This document shows, piece after piece, positions 27,361-38,115 of a stretch of DNA of 64,000 nucleotides. Origin of the DNA: Leptolyngbyaceae cyanobacterium (GTDB taxonomy: Bacteria > Cyanobacteriota > Cyanobacteriia > Phormidesmidales > Phormidesmidaceae); the NCBI GenBank assembly GCA_965263355.1, contig CBDHHL010000032.1:1760001-1824000 (forward strand), written 5' to 3'. How positions within the stretch are numbered: position 1 is the stretch's first letter; every line of letters starts with the position of its first letter. Under the pieces are notes generated by a model. It was given only the letters and a program-made list of their open reading frames with translations, was not told the origin of the DNA and did no database searches. A program made the position numbers and the translations under genes.

Positions 27361-28530
27361 ATGAAAGTCTTAGTTGCTAGTCATAGCTACATTGTTGACC
27401 TCAATTGTGAAAAGCTGCGGGAATTGGCCCATATGGGTCATGACGTTACCGTGGTGGTGCCCAAACGCTGGAACCCAGGTGGGGTACAAACTCGCATCAT
27501 TGAACCCGAACCCCGTCAAGAAGGGTCGTTTCAGGTGGTACCCATTGCCAACTTTAGCCAAAACAACCAGGGACTACTCAGTTTTGGTTGGGGAATCGTT
27601 GATTTATTGCGGACGTTTCAGCCCGATATTATCCAAGTGGAACAGGGATCTAAATCCCTGGGATATGCGGAATTAATTACCTTGAATCGATTACTGGGGG
27701 GTAAGGCCAAAAACCTGTTCTTTACCTGGTGGAACTTACCCTATGAGGTGAAATTTCCCCTTTCTTTACTAGAGGGGTATAACCTGCGCCATACCGATGG
27801 ACTGGTAGTGGGGAATCAAGACGGGGCCGACATTCTTAAAGACCATGGATACCATGGCCCGGTACGAGTCATGCCCCAGCTAGGGGTGGATGAGAGCCTG
27901 TTTTGTCCCAAAGAACAGCCCCAGCTACGTCAGCAGCTTTCAATTCCTGATCAAGACTTTGTCGTCGGATTTGTCGGACGCTTTGTCCCTGAAAAAGGGC
28001 TGATCACCTTATTTAAGGCGCTAGAAACAGTGGCTAATTTACCTTGGACTCTGGTGTTGCTAGGTCGTGGTCCCTTAAAAGAAGAACTACAGACCCAAGC
28101 CCAAACGTTGGGTATTGCTGAGCGCATTCGTTGGGTTGAGAGCGTACCCCATGATACGGTGCCTGATTACATTAACCTTATGGATACCCTAGTCCTACCG
28201 TCTGAAACGACCTATGCATTTAAGACCCTGACATCCGTAGGCTGGAAAGAGCAGTTTGGCCATGTGTTAATTGAAGCCATGGCCTGTCAGGTACCGGTCA
28301 TCGGCTCAGACTCTGGCGAAATTCCCCACGTCATTGATGACTGTGGCTTGGTTTTTCCAGAAGGCAATCATGACGCCCTGGCGGATCGGATACGTCAACT
28401 TGTTCAACAACCGGAACAGCAACAATATTTAGCTAAAAAAGGCTACGACAGAGCGATGCAACGCTATACCAATAAAGCCCTGGCAAAGGAGCTGTTAGCC
28501 TTTTACCAAGAACTATTGACCGTTCAATAA
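27361..28530 (+). CDS. hpsO: GT4 glycosyltransferase HpsO
   Basis: VLVASHSYIVDLNCEKL, GRFVPEKG, WKEQFGHVLIEAMA. Confidence 0.8.
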   Translation: MKVLVASHSYIVDLNCEKLRELAHMGHDVTVVVPKRWNPGGVQTRIIEPEPRQEGSFQVVPIANFSQNNQGLLSFGWGIVDLLRTFQPDIIQVEQGSKSLGYAELITLNRLLGGKAKNLFFTWWNLPYEVKFPLSLLEGYNLRHTDGLVVGNQDGADILKDHGYHGPVRVMPQLGVDESLFCPKEQPQLRQQLSIPDQDFVVGFVGRFVPEKGLITLFKALETVANLPWTLVLLGRGPLKEELQTQAQTLGIAERIRWVESVPHDTVPDYINLMDTLVLPSETTYAFKTLTSVGWKEQFGHVLIEAMACQVPVIGSDSGEIPHVIDDCGLVFPEGNHDALADRIRQLVQQPEQQQYLAKKGYDRAMQRYTNKALAKELLAFYQELLTVQ

Positions 28531-28576
28531 GGGATGAGGATTTAATAACTTTCATGATTTTGCTTGAGGCAAATCA

Positions 28577-28650
28577 GGCCCCCCTTTCCCCGCCTGGGAG
28601 GGGCAGCGGAGTGGGTAACCGTTAGCGCAAGTGATCGAAACCCACCCCGT
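28577..28650. repeat. GC-rich palindromic element remnant
   Basis: GCCCCC...GGGAGGGGC and GTGGGT...ACCCAC arms, similar in style to 9257-9453. Confidence 0.4.
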
Positions 28651-28854
28651 CAATTGCTCATTATTAAATTTTCGATCCTAGTAGTAAAAAAAGTAGAGAA
28701 ATCTCCTCTATCTTAAACGTAATTGTTGTTGTCAAAGTTCTCAAGCGGTGACTTCAAAAAAGTTTCATAAATTAAATCGTCTCAACAATTTTTTTGATGT
28801 AATTATTCAAATCAGGTCGAAGTTGTCTAAACTGAGGCTAATTACCAAAATGTA

Positions 28855-29838
28855 TTGATTGAACCAGTGGTCACAAGAGCAGAACATATCGGTTATTTCC
28901 CAGTTGGACGATTAGTCGGACGATTTTCGCTCCTGGTCAGTGTGACCTTGGCTATATCCGCCTGTGGCAGTGACGGTGGCGGTAGCAGTAGTAATGGCGG
29001 TAGCAGCAGTAGTCCAGCTATAACGCCTGTACTTTTTAGTGAGGCTGAGCAGCTTGTCTTAGAGGTTCAACCCATTCAAGTCTGTGACGATGATGGTATT
29101 GTTTGCGCCCAGGTAGAGTTTTTTGAAACTGTTACCGATAAGATCTGGGGGCAGGCCGGTATTGACGTAGCGTTTTTACCAACCAATCAGCTTAACGATA
29201 GTACCTACCTGATTGCCGATGATGATGAATTTTTTGATTTATCGTTTACGGGTGATCCAGGTGATTTTGGCCGTCACCCAGAGTCTACAGACACTAGCGG
29301 TCCAATCAATCTTTGGTTAGTAGACCAAATTGAAGCCTCTGAAGGCTTGGTGCAGTTTGGTAATGCTTGGGTCGGTTTCAATGGCGTCTTAGTCAGTGAT
29401 GATATTTTCGACTTCAACGATGGCGTTGGGCGCATGGACGTCATTGCCCATGAACTTGGTCATAACCTGGGATTGCGCCATTCTACTTTTGGGGCAGGGA
29501 CGCCGGAAAATTTGATGAGTAGCGGTGCCGTACGTACCGTTCCTGAATCGATTGACGATATTTTTCCAGATGGTGACGGATTATCGCAACTGACACCAGA
29601 GCAAATTGATGTTGCTCGCAGTAGTTCTTTTGTCACCTCTTTAGAGCCAGATGAGGCTTTGCCCATTACTGAAGCAGATGCAGTACCGATTGAATTATTA
29701 GCAGCAGCGAGCGCTGCTCCAAGTTCACAGTTTTTAGCGGCTACACAGCCTGTAACGGTTCCCGAAAGCACACTACCTTGGGCTTGGCTATGGCTATTAC
29801 CTCTAGGCAAAGCAGTTTATAGTCGTATCAATCGTTAA
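28855..29838 (+). CDS. zinc metalloprotease (metzincin-like) lipoprotein with PEP-CTERM-like tail
   Basis: Lipobox LAISA-C + GS-rich linker; HELGHNLGLRH + NLM Met-turn; C-terminal VPES + hydrophobic + basic residues; exact start uncertain. Confidence 0.75.
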   Translation: MIEPVVTRAEHIGYFPVGRLVGRFSLLVSVTLAISACGSDGGGSSSNGGSSSSPAITPVLFSEAEQLVLEVQPIQVCDDDGIVCAQVEFFETVTDKIWGQAGIDVAFLPTNQLNDSTYLIADDDEFFDLSFTGDPGDFGRHPESTDTSGPINLWLVDQIEASEGLVQFGNAWVGFNGVLVSDDIFDFNDGVGRMDVIAHELGHNLGLRHSTFGAGTPENLMSSGAVRTVPESIDDIFPDGDGLSQLTPEQIDVARSSSFVTSLEPDEALPITEADAVPIELLAAASAAPSSQFLAATQPVTVPESTLPWAWLWLLPLGKAVYSRINR

Positions 29839-29857
29839 TCAATCGTTAATTTTTGGT

Positions 29858-31102
29858 GTGCCTATGGCTCAGGCCAATCCACTCAATGTGCTTCAAATTG
29901 TGCCATCGATTTCGTTGGTATATGGTGGCCCTAGCCAGATGGTGCGCGGTCTTAGCAGCGCGTTGGCTAACCAAGGGGTCAATGTGACGGTACTGACAAC
30001 AGATGCCAATGGGGATGAAGGACAGGCTCCTTTAGATGTGCCTTTAAATCAACCCGTGGAAACCGATGGTTATCGTACGGTTTATTTTCGGTGCTCACCG
30101 TTTCGGCGCTACAAGTTTTCGCTACCGCTATTGCAATGGTTAAAGCGGCATGGAACCGAGTACGATATCGCCCATATTCATGCATTGTTTTCGCCGGTTA
30201 GTAGTGCGGCAGCGACGGTGGCCCGTTGGCAAAATTTGCCGTATATTTTGCGTCCCCTCGGGACCCTTGACCCAGCAGACCTGGCGAAGAAAAAGCAATT
30301 TAAGCAGCTCTATGCGGCCCTGCTGGAACGACCTAATATTAAAGGAGCGACAGCACTTCATTTTACGAGTGAACAGGAGGCAAAAGTATCAGAGCGGTTT
30401 GGGGTCAATACTCGGGATGTGGTGTTGCCGTTAGGTGTGGTGCTGCCGAAGTTTAGTTGCAGTGATGCTGATGCTCAGCAAAGGATTCGGCAACGCTATG
30501 GCATTTCTGAGGGCGTGCCAATTGTTTTATTTATGTCTCGCATCGACCCGAAAAAGGGGCTGGATTTACTGCTGCCTGCCCTGGAAGAATTGTGCCGCAC
30601 CGACAAGCGGTTTCATTTTATTCTTAGCGGGGGTAATCCACAGGATCAGGCCTATGTGGAAACCATTGGTCAGCGGATAGACAATTCTATTTTGAAGGAT
30701 TGCTCGACGATAACGGGCTTTGTCTCGGGTGATCTAAAAGCACAAATCCTACAGGCAGCGGATGTTTTTGTCCTACCGTCCTATTATGAAAATTTTGGCA
30801 TTGCGGTGGCAGAGGCCATGATGGCAGGTAAACCTGTGGTGATTTCAGACCAGGTACATATTTGGCAGGACATTAAGTCGAGCCAGAGTGGCTGGGTGAC
30901 TGGTTGCGATCAGGCGGGCTTAACCCAAACTCTGGTCAACGCTCTGGCTAATAGTGTAGACCGTCGCCAGCGCGGTGAAAATGGTCGGGCATTTGCCCAG
31001 GAGAATTATGGGTGGGATGCGATCGCATCCCGCATGTTAAAAACCTACCATCAACTTTTGCTAGAAAGCCATCACGGCCAGGTTCCTCAAAAAAATGCCT
31101 GA
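29858..31102 (+). CDS. hpsP: GT4 glycosyltransferase HpsP
   Basis: VPSISLVYGGPSQMV, HIHALFS, SRIDPKKG, ENFGIAVAEAM. Confidence 0.8.
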   Translation: MPMAQANPLNVLQIVPSISLVYGGPSQMVRGLSSALANQGVNVTVLTTDANGDEGQAPLDVPLNQPVETDGYRTVYFRCSPFRRYKFSLPLLQWLKRHGTEYDIAHIHALFSPVSSAAATVARWQNLPYILRPLGTLDPADLAKKKQFKQLYAALLERPNIKGATALHFTSEQEAKVSERFGVNTRDVVLPLGVVLPKFSCSDADAQQRIRQRYGISEGVPIVLFMSRIDPKKGLDLLLPALEELCRTDKRFHFILSGGNPQDQAYVETIGQRIDNSILKDCSTITGFVSGDLKAQILQAADVFVLPSYYENFGIAVAEAMMAGKPVVISDQVHIWQDIKSSQSGWVTGCDQAGLTQTLVNALANSVDRRQRGENGRAFAQENYGWDAIASRMLKTYHQLLLESHHGQVPQKNA

Positions 31103-31563
31103 CACCTTAATTCTGCCGTTCTGCTATCAAAATATCGAGGTTTGTAAGTTACTGCGAGCATATAGTACCTTGGAGGAATTATTCAGAAGATCTCCTTAAG
31201 AATATTTTTTCTAAAATATATTTTTCTGTATACTTAGCAATACAAGCCGTATTTTAAAGTAAGCCCCATTGGGTAAAGATGATGCTTATTTTCACTTGAT
31301 AGTTCAGATAGTGTTCGATTAATCACTTTCAAAAAAAGTGTCAAATGCTACTACACTCCTCAATCCTCTCTAGGTTCAACGTTTGAGTTAGGAGTTCTAT
31401 ACTTCTATACAGATTATCTTTTTAATCCATCTTCCTGCAACAGCTCTTGAGACATAAGTAAAATCTTGAACATGCCTGTAGATGATAATTCTTAAGTTAG
31501 TAAGTTGTTTCAAGCAACGGACATCGTAAAAGAGTAGGATCTACAAGAATATTCGCTTTAGAA

Positions 31564-32616
31564 ATGAGCAATACAACAATTACACCGTCTGGGGCTGTAA
31601 AGCTAGGTCTGATTGGAACAGGAAAGTTTGCACAAGAATATTACTTACCTGCTTTTTCTAACCATAAGAAAGCACAAATTACGTCTATAGCCAATAGAAG
31701 TAAAGATAAAGCTTTTGATATTGCGGAGAAATACAACATTAGTCAGGTTTACACAGGAAATGATGGTTGGGAGAAATTAATTGAAGTCAGTGACGTTGAT
31801 GCCATAATTATATGTACTCCTAATTTCTTACATGCAGAAATTGCAATTGCAGCATTAGAATCTGGTAAGCACGTTTTAGTCGAGAAACCAATGGCGGTTT
31901 CGTTAGAGGAAGCAAACGCCATGATTTCTGCAGCTGCAACCAATGAAGTTATTCTGATGGTGTCATTTCCTCAGCGGTTTATGGCACCCATGCAAGAATG
32001 TAAAAGAATCATTGATAGTAAACTTTTAGGAGAAATTCTGACAATTCAGTCTATATTTGGTCATCCTGGACCTGAATTTTGGAGTCCCTCAAGTGAATGG
32101 TTTTTTGACCCCAGTAGAGCGAGTGGAGGTGCATTACTAGACTTAGGGAGCCACCAAGTTGACTATCTTAGTTGGTTGACTAATCAGAGAATCAAAGAGG
32201 TTTCTGCCTTTACCTCAACATGCAAGAAGGGAATCAAAGTTGAAGATAATGCATTATTACTAGCTAGGTTTGAAGATGGCCCTATAGGATCTATCTATGC
32301 AAGCTGGAGAATTAATCCAAAAGCGGAAAATAGATGTATTCTTTACTGTGAAAATGGAATTCTAGAGATTAATAATAATTCACAAAATCCTTTAAATATT
32401 TGTGCTACCTCAGAAATGGGGGGAGTAACAAAAAAGGAGTTTGATTTGGAAGGAATCTCAAAAATTTCAGCATTTAAAAAAATGCTCGATCACTTTATAG
32501 AATGTGTCATAAATCAAGAGCAGTCATCGATTACGGGTGAAGATGGTTATCGTTCATTAGAAATCATTTTGGCTGCTTACGAATCAGTTCGAACAAAAAG
32601 CGTTATTGCTATCTAA
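31564..32616 (+). CDS. Gfo/Idh/MocA family oxidoreductase
   Basis: GLIGTG, CTPNFLH, GKHVLVEKP, GGALLDLGSHQVD. Confidence 0.92.
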   Translation: MSNTTITPSGAVKLGLIGTGKFAQEYYLPAFSNHKKAQITSIANRSKDKAFDIAEKYNISQVYTGNDGWEKLIEVSDVDAIIICTPNFLHAEIAIAALESGKHVLVEKPMAVSLEEANAMISAAATNEVILMVSFPQRFMAPMQECKRIIDSKLLGEILTIQSIFGHPGPEFWSPSSEWFFDPSRASGGALLDLGSHQVDYLSWLTNQRIKEVSAFTSTCKKGIKVEDNALLLARFEDGPIGSIYASWRINPKAENRCILYCENGILEINNNSQNPLNICATSEMGGVTKKEFDLEGISKISAFKKMLDHFIECVINQEQSSITGEDGYRSLEIILAAYESVRTKSVIAI

Positions 32617-32634
32617 CAAGACATTGGGGAGAGT

Positions 32635-33729
32635 TTGATGATGATGAGACAGACAATTGTTGAAGGAGTTGGCCACCCCCTCTCACTTAAAGAAGTAGAT
32701 ATTCCTAAACCTAAAAGTGGTGAAGTAGCCTTAAAAATTAAGGTTGCAACCATTTGCACTTCGACTGATTTTGATATTATTGCTGGCCTTCATGCTCCCC
32801 ATGATTTGGCAATTCAAGGTATGTTGCCTCACGATGTAAGAGTTCATTTGGGTGAAGAGAGTGACTTATACCCTAAAAATATTTTTCCTGAAAAGCCTTT
32901 TCCCTCACCAATGGGGCATGAAGCCGTAGGAGAAATTATTGAACTTAGTCCAGATGCAAATGACGCAGATAGGTTGGTTTTTCCAGGAGAGAAACTTGCC
33001 TTGGGTGATCGGGTCACCACCTATAAAATACCGGCAGCGTATAGTGATTACTCATGCTTAGGCTCACACAATGTAGCTAAAGTTCCTGACAGTATGAGTG
33101 ATGAAGAGGCGTCTCTCATCGAACCTTTGATAATTAACTACAATTGCGTAAAAAGGTGTTTTGATTATGCTGAACAACGCACAGTTGCTATCCTAGGTCA
33201 AGGTTGCCAAGGGTTATTCTCCACACAAATCGCAAAAGCCCTAGGTGCCCAAACAGTTATAGTGACAGATCCCCTAGATTACAGAAGAGATTTAGCACTG
33301 CAATGTGGAGCAGATATTGCCCTGAATCCTGATGAAGTAAATGTTGTTCATGAGATTGAAAGAATCACCAATGGGAAAGGGGTTGACTTAGCTTTAGAAT
33401 GTGCGGGAGTGCCTGAAACGGTTCAAGTGTTGCCGTATATCACCAAAAGAGGGGGTGTTATCGGCCAAATTGGAGCGATTTGTACACCTGTGGAGTTTGA
33501 ATATGGATATATACATTTCAAACATATCACTGTTATTCCTGTGGATTATGTTCCTAGTTTGCAAATGCTTTCCTCGCAGGTGAGAGAAGTATTTCAACTG
33601 ATTACTTCTAAAAAGATAAATCCAGGCGTTGTGATTACCCATAGATTCCCGTTAGATGATATCAATGAGGCTTTCAATATGTTGCGGGAGACTCGAGATA
33701 AGGTGATTAAAATAGCTGTTACTCCTTAG
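32635..33729 (+). CDS. zinc-binding (MDR) alcohol/sugar dehydrogenase
   Basis: ICTSTD, MGHEAVG, GQGCQG nucleotide-binding loop, ITHRFPL. Confidence 0.88.
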   Translation: MMMMRQTIVEGVGHPLSLKEVDIPKPKSGEVALKIKVATICTSTDFDIIAGLHAPHDLAIQGMLPHDVRVHLGEESDLYPKNIFPEKPFPSPMGHEAVGEIIELSPDANDADRLVFPGEKLALGDRVTTYKIPAAYSDYSCLGSHNVAKVPDSMSDEEASLIEPLIINYNCVKRCFDYAEQRTVAILGQGCQGLFSTQIAKALGAQTVIVTDPLDYRRDLALQCGADIALNPDEVNVVHEIERITNGKGVDLALECAGVPETVQVLPYITKRGGVIGQIGAICTPVEFEYGYIHFKHITVIPVDYVPSLQMLSSQVREVFQLITSKKINPGVVITHRFPLDDINEAFNMLRETRDKVIKIAVTP

Positions 33730-33768
33730 AGGTTACAGTTACTCCCTAGAAGTTATATTTGGGCATTC

Positions 33769-34461
33769 ATGACTGAGCAGATGGGCCTGTTTGGTGGCCA
33801 GCCAGCGCCTGAGGCAGCCACCCTATCCCCCGAAACCTGGGAGCAAATACCCACCAGTGCCAATATTCCGATTCCTCCGAGTACCTATGAGAACTTAGAC
33901 CAGCTGGCACACCATTGCAACCAGTGTCAGCGGTGTGATTTGGCTAGCGATCGCACCAATGTGGTAGTAAGTCGAGGCAATCCGGGGGCCAATTTGTTGA
34001 TCATTGGCGAGGGTCCAGGGCAGCAAGAGGATGAACAGGGTCTTCCCTTCGTTGGTAAGTCAGGGCAGCTGCTGGACAAAATTTTGGCCTCAGTCCGGCT
34101 AGACACCCAAAACGACGTTTACATCTGTAACGTGGTCAAGTGTCGGCCCCCTGGGAATCGCAACCCAACTGCCGGGGAAATTGCAGCCTGTGTGCCCTAC
34201 TTGAGGGAGCAGGTGCGGCTGGTGGATCCTAAAATTATATTGCTGACGGGCAATACGGCTTTAAAGGGTCTACTGGATATTAAGCAAGGTGTTACTAAAG
34301 TACGCGGTCAATGGAGGTCATGGGAAGGACGCCATTGCATGGCCATTTTTCACCCGGCCTATTTACTGCGTAATCCGTCTCGGGAGACGGGTAAACCTAA
34401 ATGGCTGATGTGGCAGGATATTCAGAAAATTCGTAAGAAGTTGGATGAATTAGCTGTATAA
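33769..34461 (+). CDS. udg: uracil-DNA glycosylase family 4
   Basis: CQRC Fe-S motif, IGEGPG, PFVGKSG, NVVKCRPPGNR, HPAYLLR. Confidence 0.93.
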   Translation: MTEQMGLFGGQPAPEAATLSPETWEQIPTSANIPIPPSTYENLDQLAHHCNQCQRCDLASDRTNVVVSRGNPGANLLIIGEGPGQQEDEQGLPFVGKSGQLLDKILASVRLDTQNDVYICNVVKCRPPGNRNPTAGEIAACVPYLREQVRLVDPKIILLTGNTALKGLLDIKQGVTKVRGQWRSWEGRHCMAIFHPAYLLRNPSRETGKPKWLMWQDIQKIRKKLDELAV

Positions 34462-34619
34462 AGCCTATTCTCATAATAAATGAGAGCAATTGCTAGGATA
34501 GTTGGGAAATGGCAATCGTTCTGTTTTTTTGTTTGCGCTATGGCAGGACTGGGGCTTGTCCAGTTTTTTTGGCAGCTAGTCAATTTAGTTATGCCTCCTG
34601 GGGGCTGATTATTGATTGG

Positions 34620-34753
34620 TTTTATCATGCAAAAGCTAAAGATTTGGGTTGGTTATTGGTGAAGAGTTGAGGGTAAAGAGTGACTCTTCATCCCTTTAGA
34701 TTCTTTACTCTTTACCCGTCTTACCGGAAATCTTAGGCTTGACAGACCACTAG
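34620..34753 (-). mobile_element. 135-bp MITE-like element, copy 3 (family A; left end degenerate)
   Basis: Reverse complement starts CTAGTGGTCTGTCAAGCCTAAGATTTCCGGTAAGACGGGTAAAGAG. Confidence 0.75.
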
Positions 34754-34755
34754 AT

Positions 34756-35463
34756 TTACTCACGAAAAATTGCCTTTGCTTTGCAGTCTCTCAGCCACCT
34801 CTGAATAGCTTGCCCCACACTGCCATAGCTACTATCCCGAGGAGGGATCTGTACGTCACCCTCAGCATCAATGGCAGAAAACATAAACACCATTTGCCAA
34901 CCATTTTCATCAGGGGATAAAAATAACCAATGGAAGTGGCTGATTGAGGCAACTTCTAACCCTGAATATTGGCGTTCCAGCGTTGTAAAGAAGAGTTGAC
35001 GCAACTGCTGGCCACTATCCGGTAGTGTAGTATACACCCGGTCTTCAATCGCCAGGGGTACTCGCTCTGGCTGACTGGCTGTGATTACGTAGGCCGGACG
35101 ATAAGCAGTGGGAATGTCGGCTACGCTGCTTTGGAGAATGCGATTAGTGTAACTGGGGATATCTCGGATTAGTAAGTTGGAAAGGGTGTCAAAGTCCTGG
35201 GGGCAGGTGGCTTGGGGACGAATAAACGTGGTTTCAGGTGCTTCTGGTTCTGTAGCGTCGGGTTCGTTGGTAGGGACAGAGGGCGCTGGGGAGCCAGGAG
35301 AAGAAGGTGCAGTTTCAGGTGGAGAAGCAGGCGGAGCAGGGGGAGCAGGGGGGAGTTCTGGTAATTGGGCCAGGCTAGGCGAACTGCTGAGGGCCAAGCT
35401 CAACAATATGCCTATAGGTCCTACGAAATTGTTAGACTTCAGTTTTGGCATCCCAAAAATCAT
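34756..35463 (-). CDS. conserved cyanobacterial secreted hypothetical protein
   Basis: Signal peptide, Pro-rich linker, CP...LIRDIPSYTNR, FFTTLERQY, WLRDC. Confidence 0.75.
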   Translation of the reverse strand: MIFGMPKLKSNNFVGPIGILLSLALSSSPSLAQLPELPPAPPAPPASPPETAPSSPGSPAPSVPTNEPDATEPEAPETTFIRPQATCPQDFDTLSNLLIRDIPSYTNRILQSSVADIPTAYRPAYVITASQPERVPLAIEDRVYTTLPDSGQQLRQLFFTTLERQYSGLEVASISHFHWLFLSPDENGWQMVFMFSAIDAEGDVQIPPRDSSYGSVGQAIQRWLRDCKAKAIFRE

Positions 35464-35532
35464 TGCTGCTCACCCATTGTTGCGGCATAGTGGGCAGTGC
35501 CCACCCTACGGTTTCCCATTTCCCATTTCCCG

Positions 35533-36270
35533 CTACCACATTTCATCGCAAATCTGTTGAAATGTGGTGGCTGGATCGCTCGATTGGGTAATGGGGCGGC
35601 CAATGACAAGATAGCTGGCTCCGGCGGCGATGGCTTGGGACGGTGTCATGGTTCGCTGCTGGTCACCCTTGGGGGAACCAGCAGGTCTAACGCCAGGACA
35701 GACTAACAAAAAATCATCACCGCAGACACGACGGAGAGTTTCGGCTTCTTGGGGGGAACAAACAACGCCGCTGAGACCACTATCTTGGGCTAATAGGGCC
35801 ATTTGCAGGGCGTAGTCTTCTATCTCTAGGGAGACTTTGAGTTCAAAGGCCAGACCACGGGGATTAATGCTGGTGAGTAGGGTAACGGCAATCAGGTTGG
35901 GGGGAGCCCAGCCTGCCGCTGTGGCACCTTCTAGGGCGGCAGCCTGGGCGGCTTGCAGGGCCGCTTTACCCGCTGGGGCATGGACGGTGATCAGGTCAAC
36001 ACCGTAGCGACCGGCGGCACGACAGGCTCCGGCCATAGTGTTAGGAATGTCGTGGAATTTAAGGTCTAAAAAAATCCGTTTTTGCCGCTGTTTTAGATGT
36101 TCTAAAATGGCAGGCCCAGCACTGACAAATAGCTCCAGCCCCACTTTCCAAAAGGTAACGTTGGGCAGGGTGTCGAGCAAGGCGATCGCATCTTCCATCG
36201 TCGGCACATCCAACGGCACAATAATCCGCTCAGTTGCTGATTTTGCCATGCCTAATTTTGGAGCCATCAC
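35533..36270 (-). CDS. pyrF: orotidine-5'-phosphate decarboxylase
   Basis: [38 protein letters not shown]. Confidence 0.97.
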   Translation of the reverse strand: MMAPKLGMAKSATERIIVPLDVPTMEDAIALLDTLPNVTFWKVGLELFVSAGPAILEHLKQRQKRIFLDLKFHDIPNTMAGACRAAGRYGVDLITVHAPAGKAALQAAQAAALEGATAAGWAPPNLIAVTLLTSINPRGLAFELKVSLEIEDYALQMALLAQDSGLSGVVCSPQEAETLRRVCGDDFLLVCPGVRPAGSPKGDQQRTMTPSQAIAAGASYLVIGRPITQSSDPATTFQQICDEMW

Positions 36271-37508
36271 ACCACCAACCGGACAAACTTTTTCTTGCCT
36301 ACCTGGAGCACCTTACCTGCGATCGCATCAGGTTCACTAAACTCCAGATTGGGGTCGGTCACTTTCTCACCATCGAGTTTCACCGCCCCACCCTTAATTT
36401 GACGTCGGGCATCACTACTGCTGCTACACAGGGGGGTAGCCCCCAGAAGATAAAAAATCTTAGCGGGAAAGTTCACAGTAGAGAGGGAAAATTCAGGCAC
36501 CGCTTCAGCCTCGCCAGAGCCTCCCTGCACCAGGCTAATGGCATCTTTTTGCGCCTGCTGAGCCGCATCGTCTCCATGGAATTGGGCCGTAACATCCAAA
36601 GCCAGCTGCTTTTGCGCGTCTCGCGGATTATCAGGCAAGGTATCCAAAGACCGTTTAGTCAACAGTTCAAAGTACTCTGAAATCAGAGCATCTGGCACCT
36701 TTTCCAGTTTGGAATACATCGACAGCGGATCTTCCTGAAGACCCACATAATTGCCCAGGGATTTGGACATTTTTTGGCTACCATCGGTGCCCAATAACAG
36801 CGGCAGCATCATGCCAAACTGCGGTGTCAGACCAAAATGACGCTGCAAGTCGCGTCCTACCGCCACATTAAATTTCTGGTCAGTGCCCCCCAGTTCCACA
36901 TCAGCCTTGAGGGCCACCGAGTCAAACCCTTGCATCAATGGATATAAAAACTCATGGAGATAAACCGGATTGCCCTGCTCATAGCGTTTAGCAAATCCCT
37001 CCTTGGCCAGCATTTGACCGACGGTCATCGTGCCAAGAAGCTCCAGGATTTTGCCCAGATCCAGCTCCGATAGCCATTCCGAGTTGTAACGAATTTCCAA
37101 CCGACCAGGGGTATCAAAATCTAAAATGGGCCGCACCTGTTCAATGTAGGTTTGAGCATTGGCCTGGACTTCGGCTTCGGTAAGCTGTTTACGCACTTCT
37201 GACTTACCTGTCGGGTCGCCAATCCGGGCGGTAAAGTCCCCGATTAATAAAACCGCTGTATGGCCAGCATCCTGAAATGCCCGCAGTTTTCTTACTGGAA
37301 TACTATGGCCCAAATGAATTTCTGAACCCGTCGGGTCAATGCCGAGTTTGATCCGCAGAGGCCGATCAGTCTGCTGTAGCCTTGTCAGTAGACTTTCGTC
37401 AGGGTCGCTGGACTCAGGCTGGTGGGGAAATACCTCACTGACACCGCGATAAATCCCCTGAAACTCATCAGGGATAACGGGCATTACAAAGTCGGAAGCC
37501 TCGGTCAT
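36267..37508 (-). CDS. tyrS: tyrosine--tRNA ligase
   Basis: [26 protein letters not shown]-terminal S4 domain; start MTEASD preferred. Confidence 0.97.
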   Translation of the reverse strand: MTEASDFVMPVIPDEFQGIYRGVSEVFPHQPESSDPDESLLTRLQQTDRPLRIKLGIDPTGSEIHLGHSIPVRKLRAFQDAGHTAVLLIGDFTARIGDPTGKSEVRKQLTEAEVQANAQTYIEQVRPILDFDTPGRLEIRYNSEWLSELDLGKILELLGTMTVGQMLAKEGFAKRYEQGNPVYLHEFLYPLMQGFDSVALKADVELGGTDQKFNVAVGRDLQRHFGLTPQFGMMLPLLLGTDGSQKMSKSLGNYVGLQEDPLSMYSKLEKVPDALISEYFELLTKRSLDTLPDNPRDAQKQLALDVTAQFHGDDAAQQAQKDAISLVQGGSGEAEAVPEFSLSTVNFPAKIFYLLGATPLCSSSSDARRQIKGGAVKLDGEKVTDPNLEFSEPDAIAGKVLQVGKKKFVRLVV

Positions 37509-38115
37509 AGTGGATTGAAGTCGACAACAAGTAGCCTGGGTGTCGAGGAGTAGATAAATTGCTTCACCGTTACCCCAAAAGCAGGTAAGACAATGCATAG
37601 GTTATCAAGATCCTGGACGTTATAAAATCCTCGATCCTAAGTTTGCAAATTTTCCTAGACATTGAACTGATATCCACTATAGTGGCGAGTAATTGTCCTT
37701 AAGCAGAGAAGTTTAGTACCTGTCTAAGGTACGGATCGAGTTTTAATGGGGCCTATTCACCCAAGCTTCTGTAGATCATAGGGACGCCATCAGCTCGATC
37801 CGCTTGCCGCCCATTAGCCGCCCATTAGCCGCACACCATTGTACTGGCCAATGGATCAGCTGAAACATTCCCAGTAGAATGCGTCTGTACAAACAGGTAT
37901 CATGTGTCCGAATCAAATGCTTTAGAGGGACATTTTTGATAATAATCAGGGCAGACTGAAGCCGGCTGCAAATCCGCGAAACCACCCATGGTTTTTTCGT
38001 AGAAGAAACTTAATATTTCAACTTGGCTATGGTTAGCACCGTTTATTGGCAGTGGACTCTATAATTTATGGCCTATGTAGGCTGCCGTGTATTCCCATAA
38101 GGATTTAACCTATCT

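Noticed and set aside
36234..36680. Plus-strand 148-aa ORF and the many other 60-150 aa ORFs overlapping clear genes
   Set aside because: Antisense or alternate-frame shadows of well-supported genes, with no motifs or RBS.
37776..37985. 69-aa ORF between tyrS and the PBP gene
   Set aside because: GTG start, no recognisable motif, and it lies in a divergent promoter region; not supportable.
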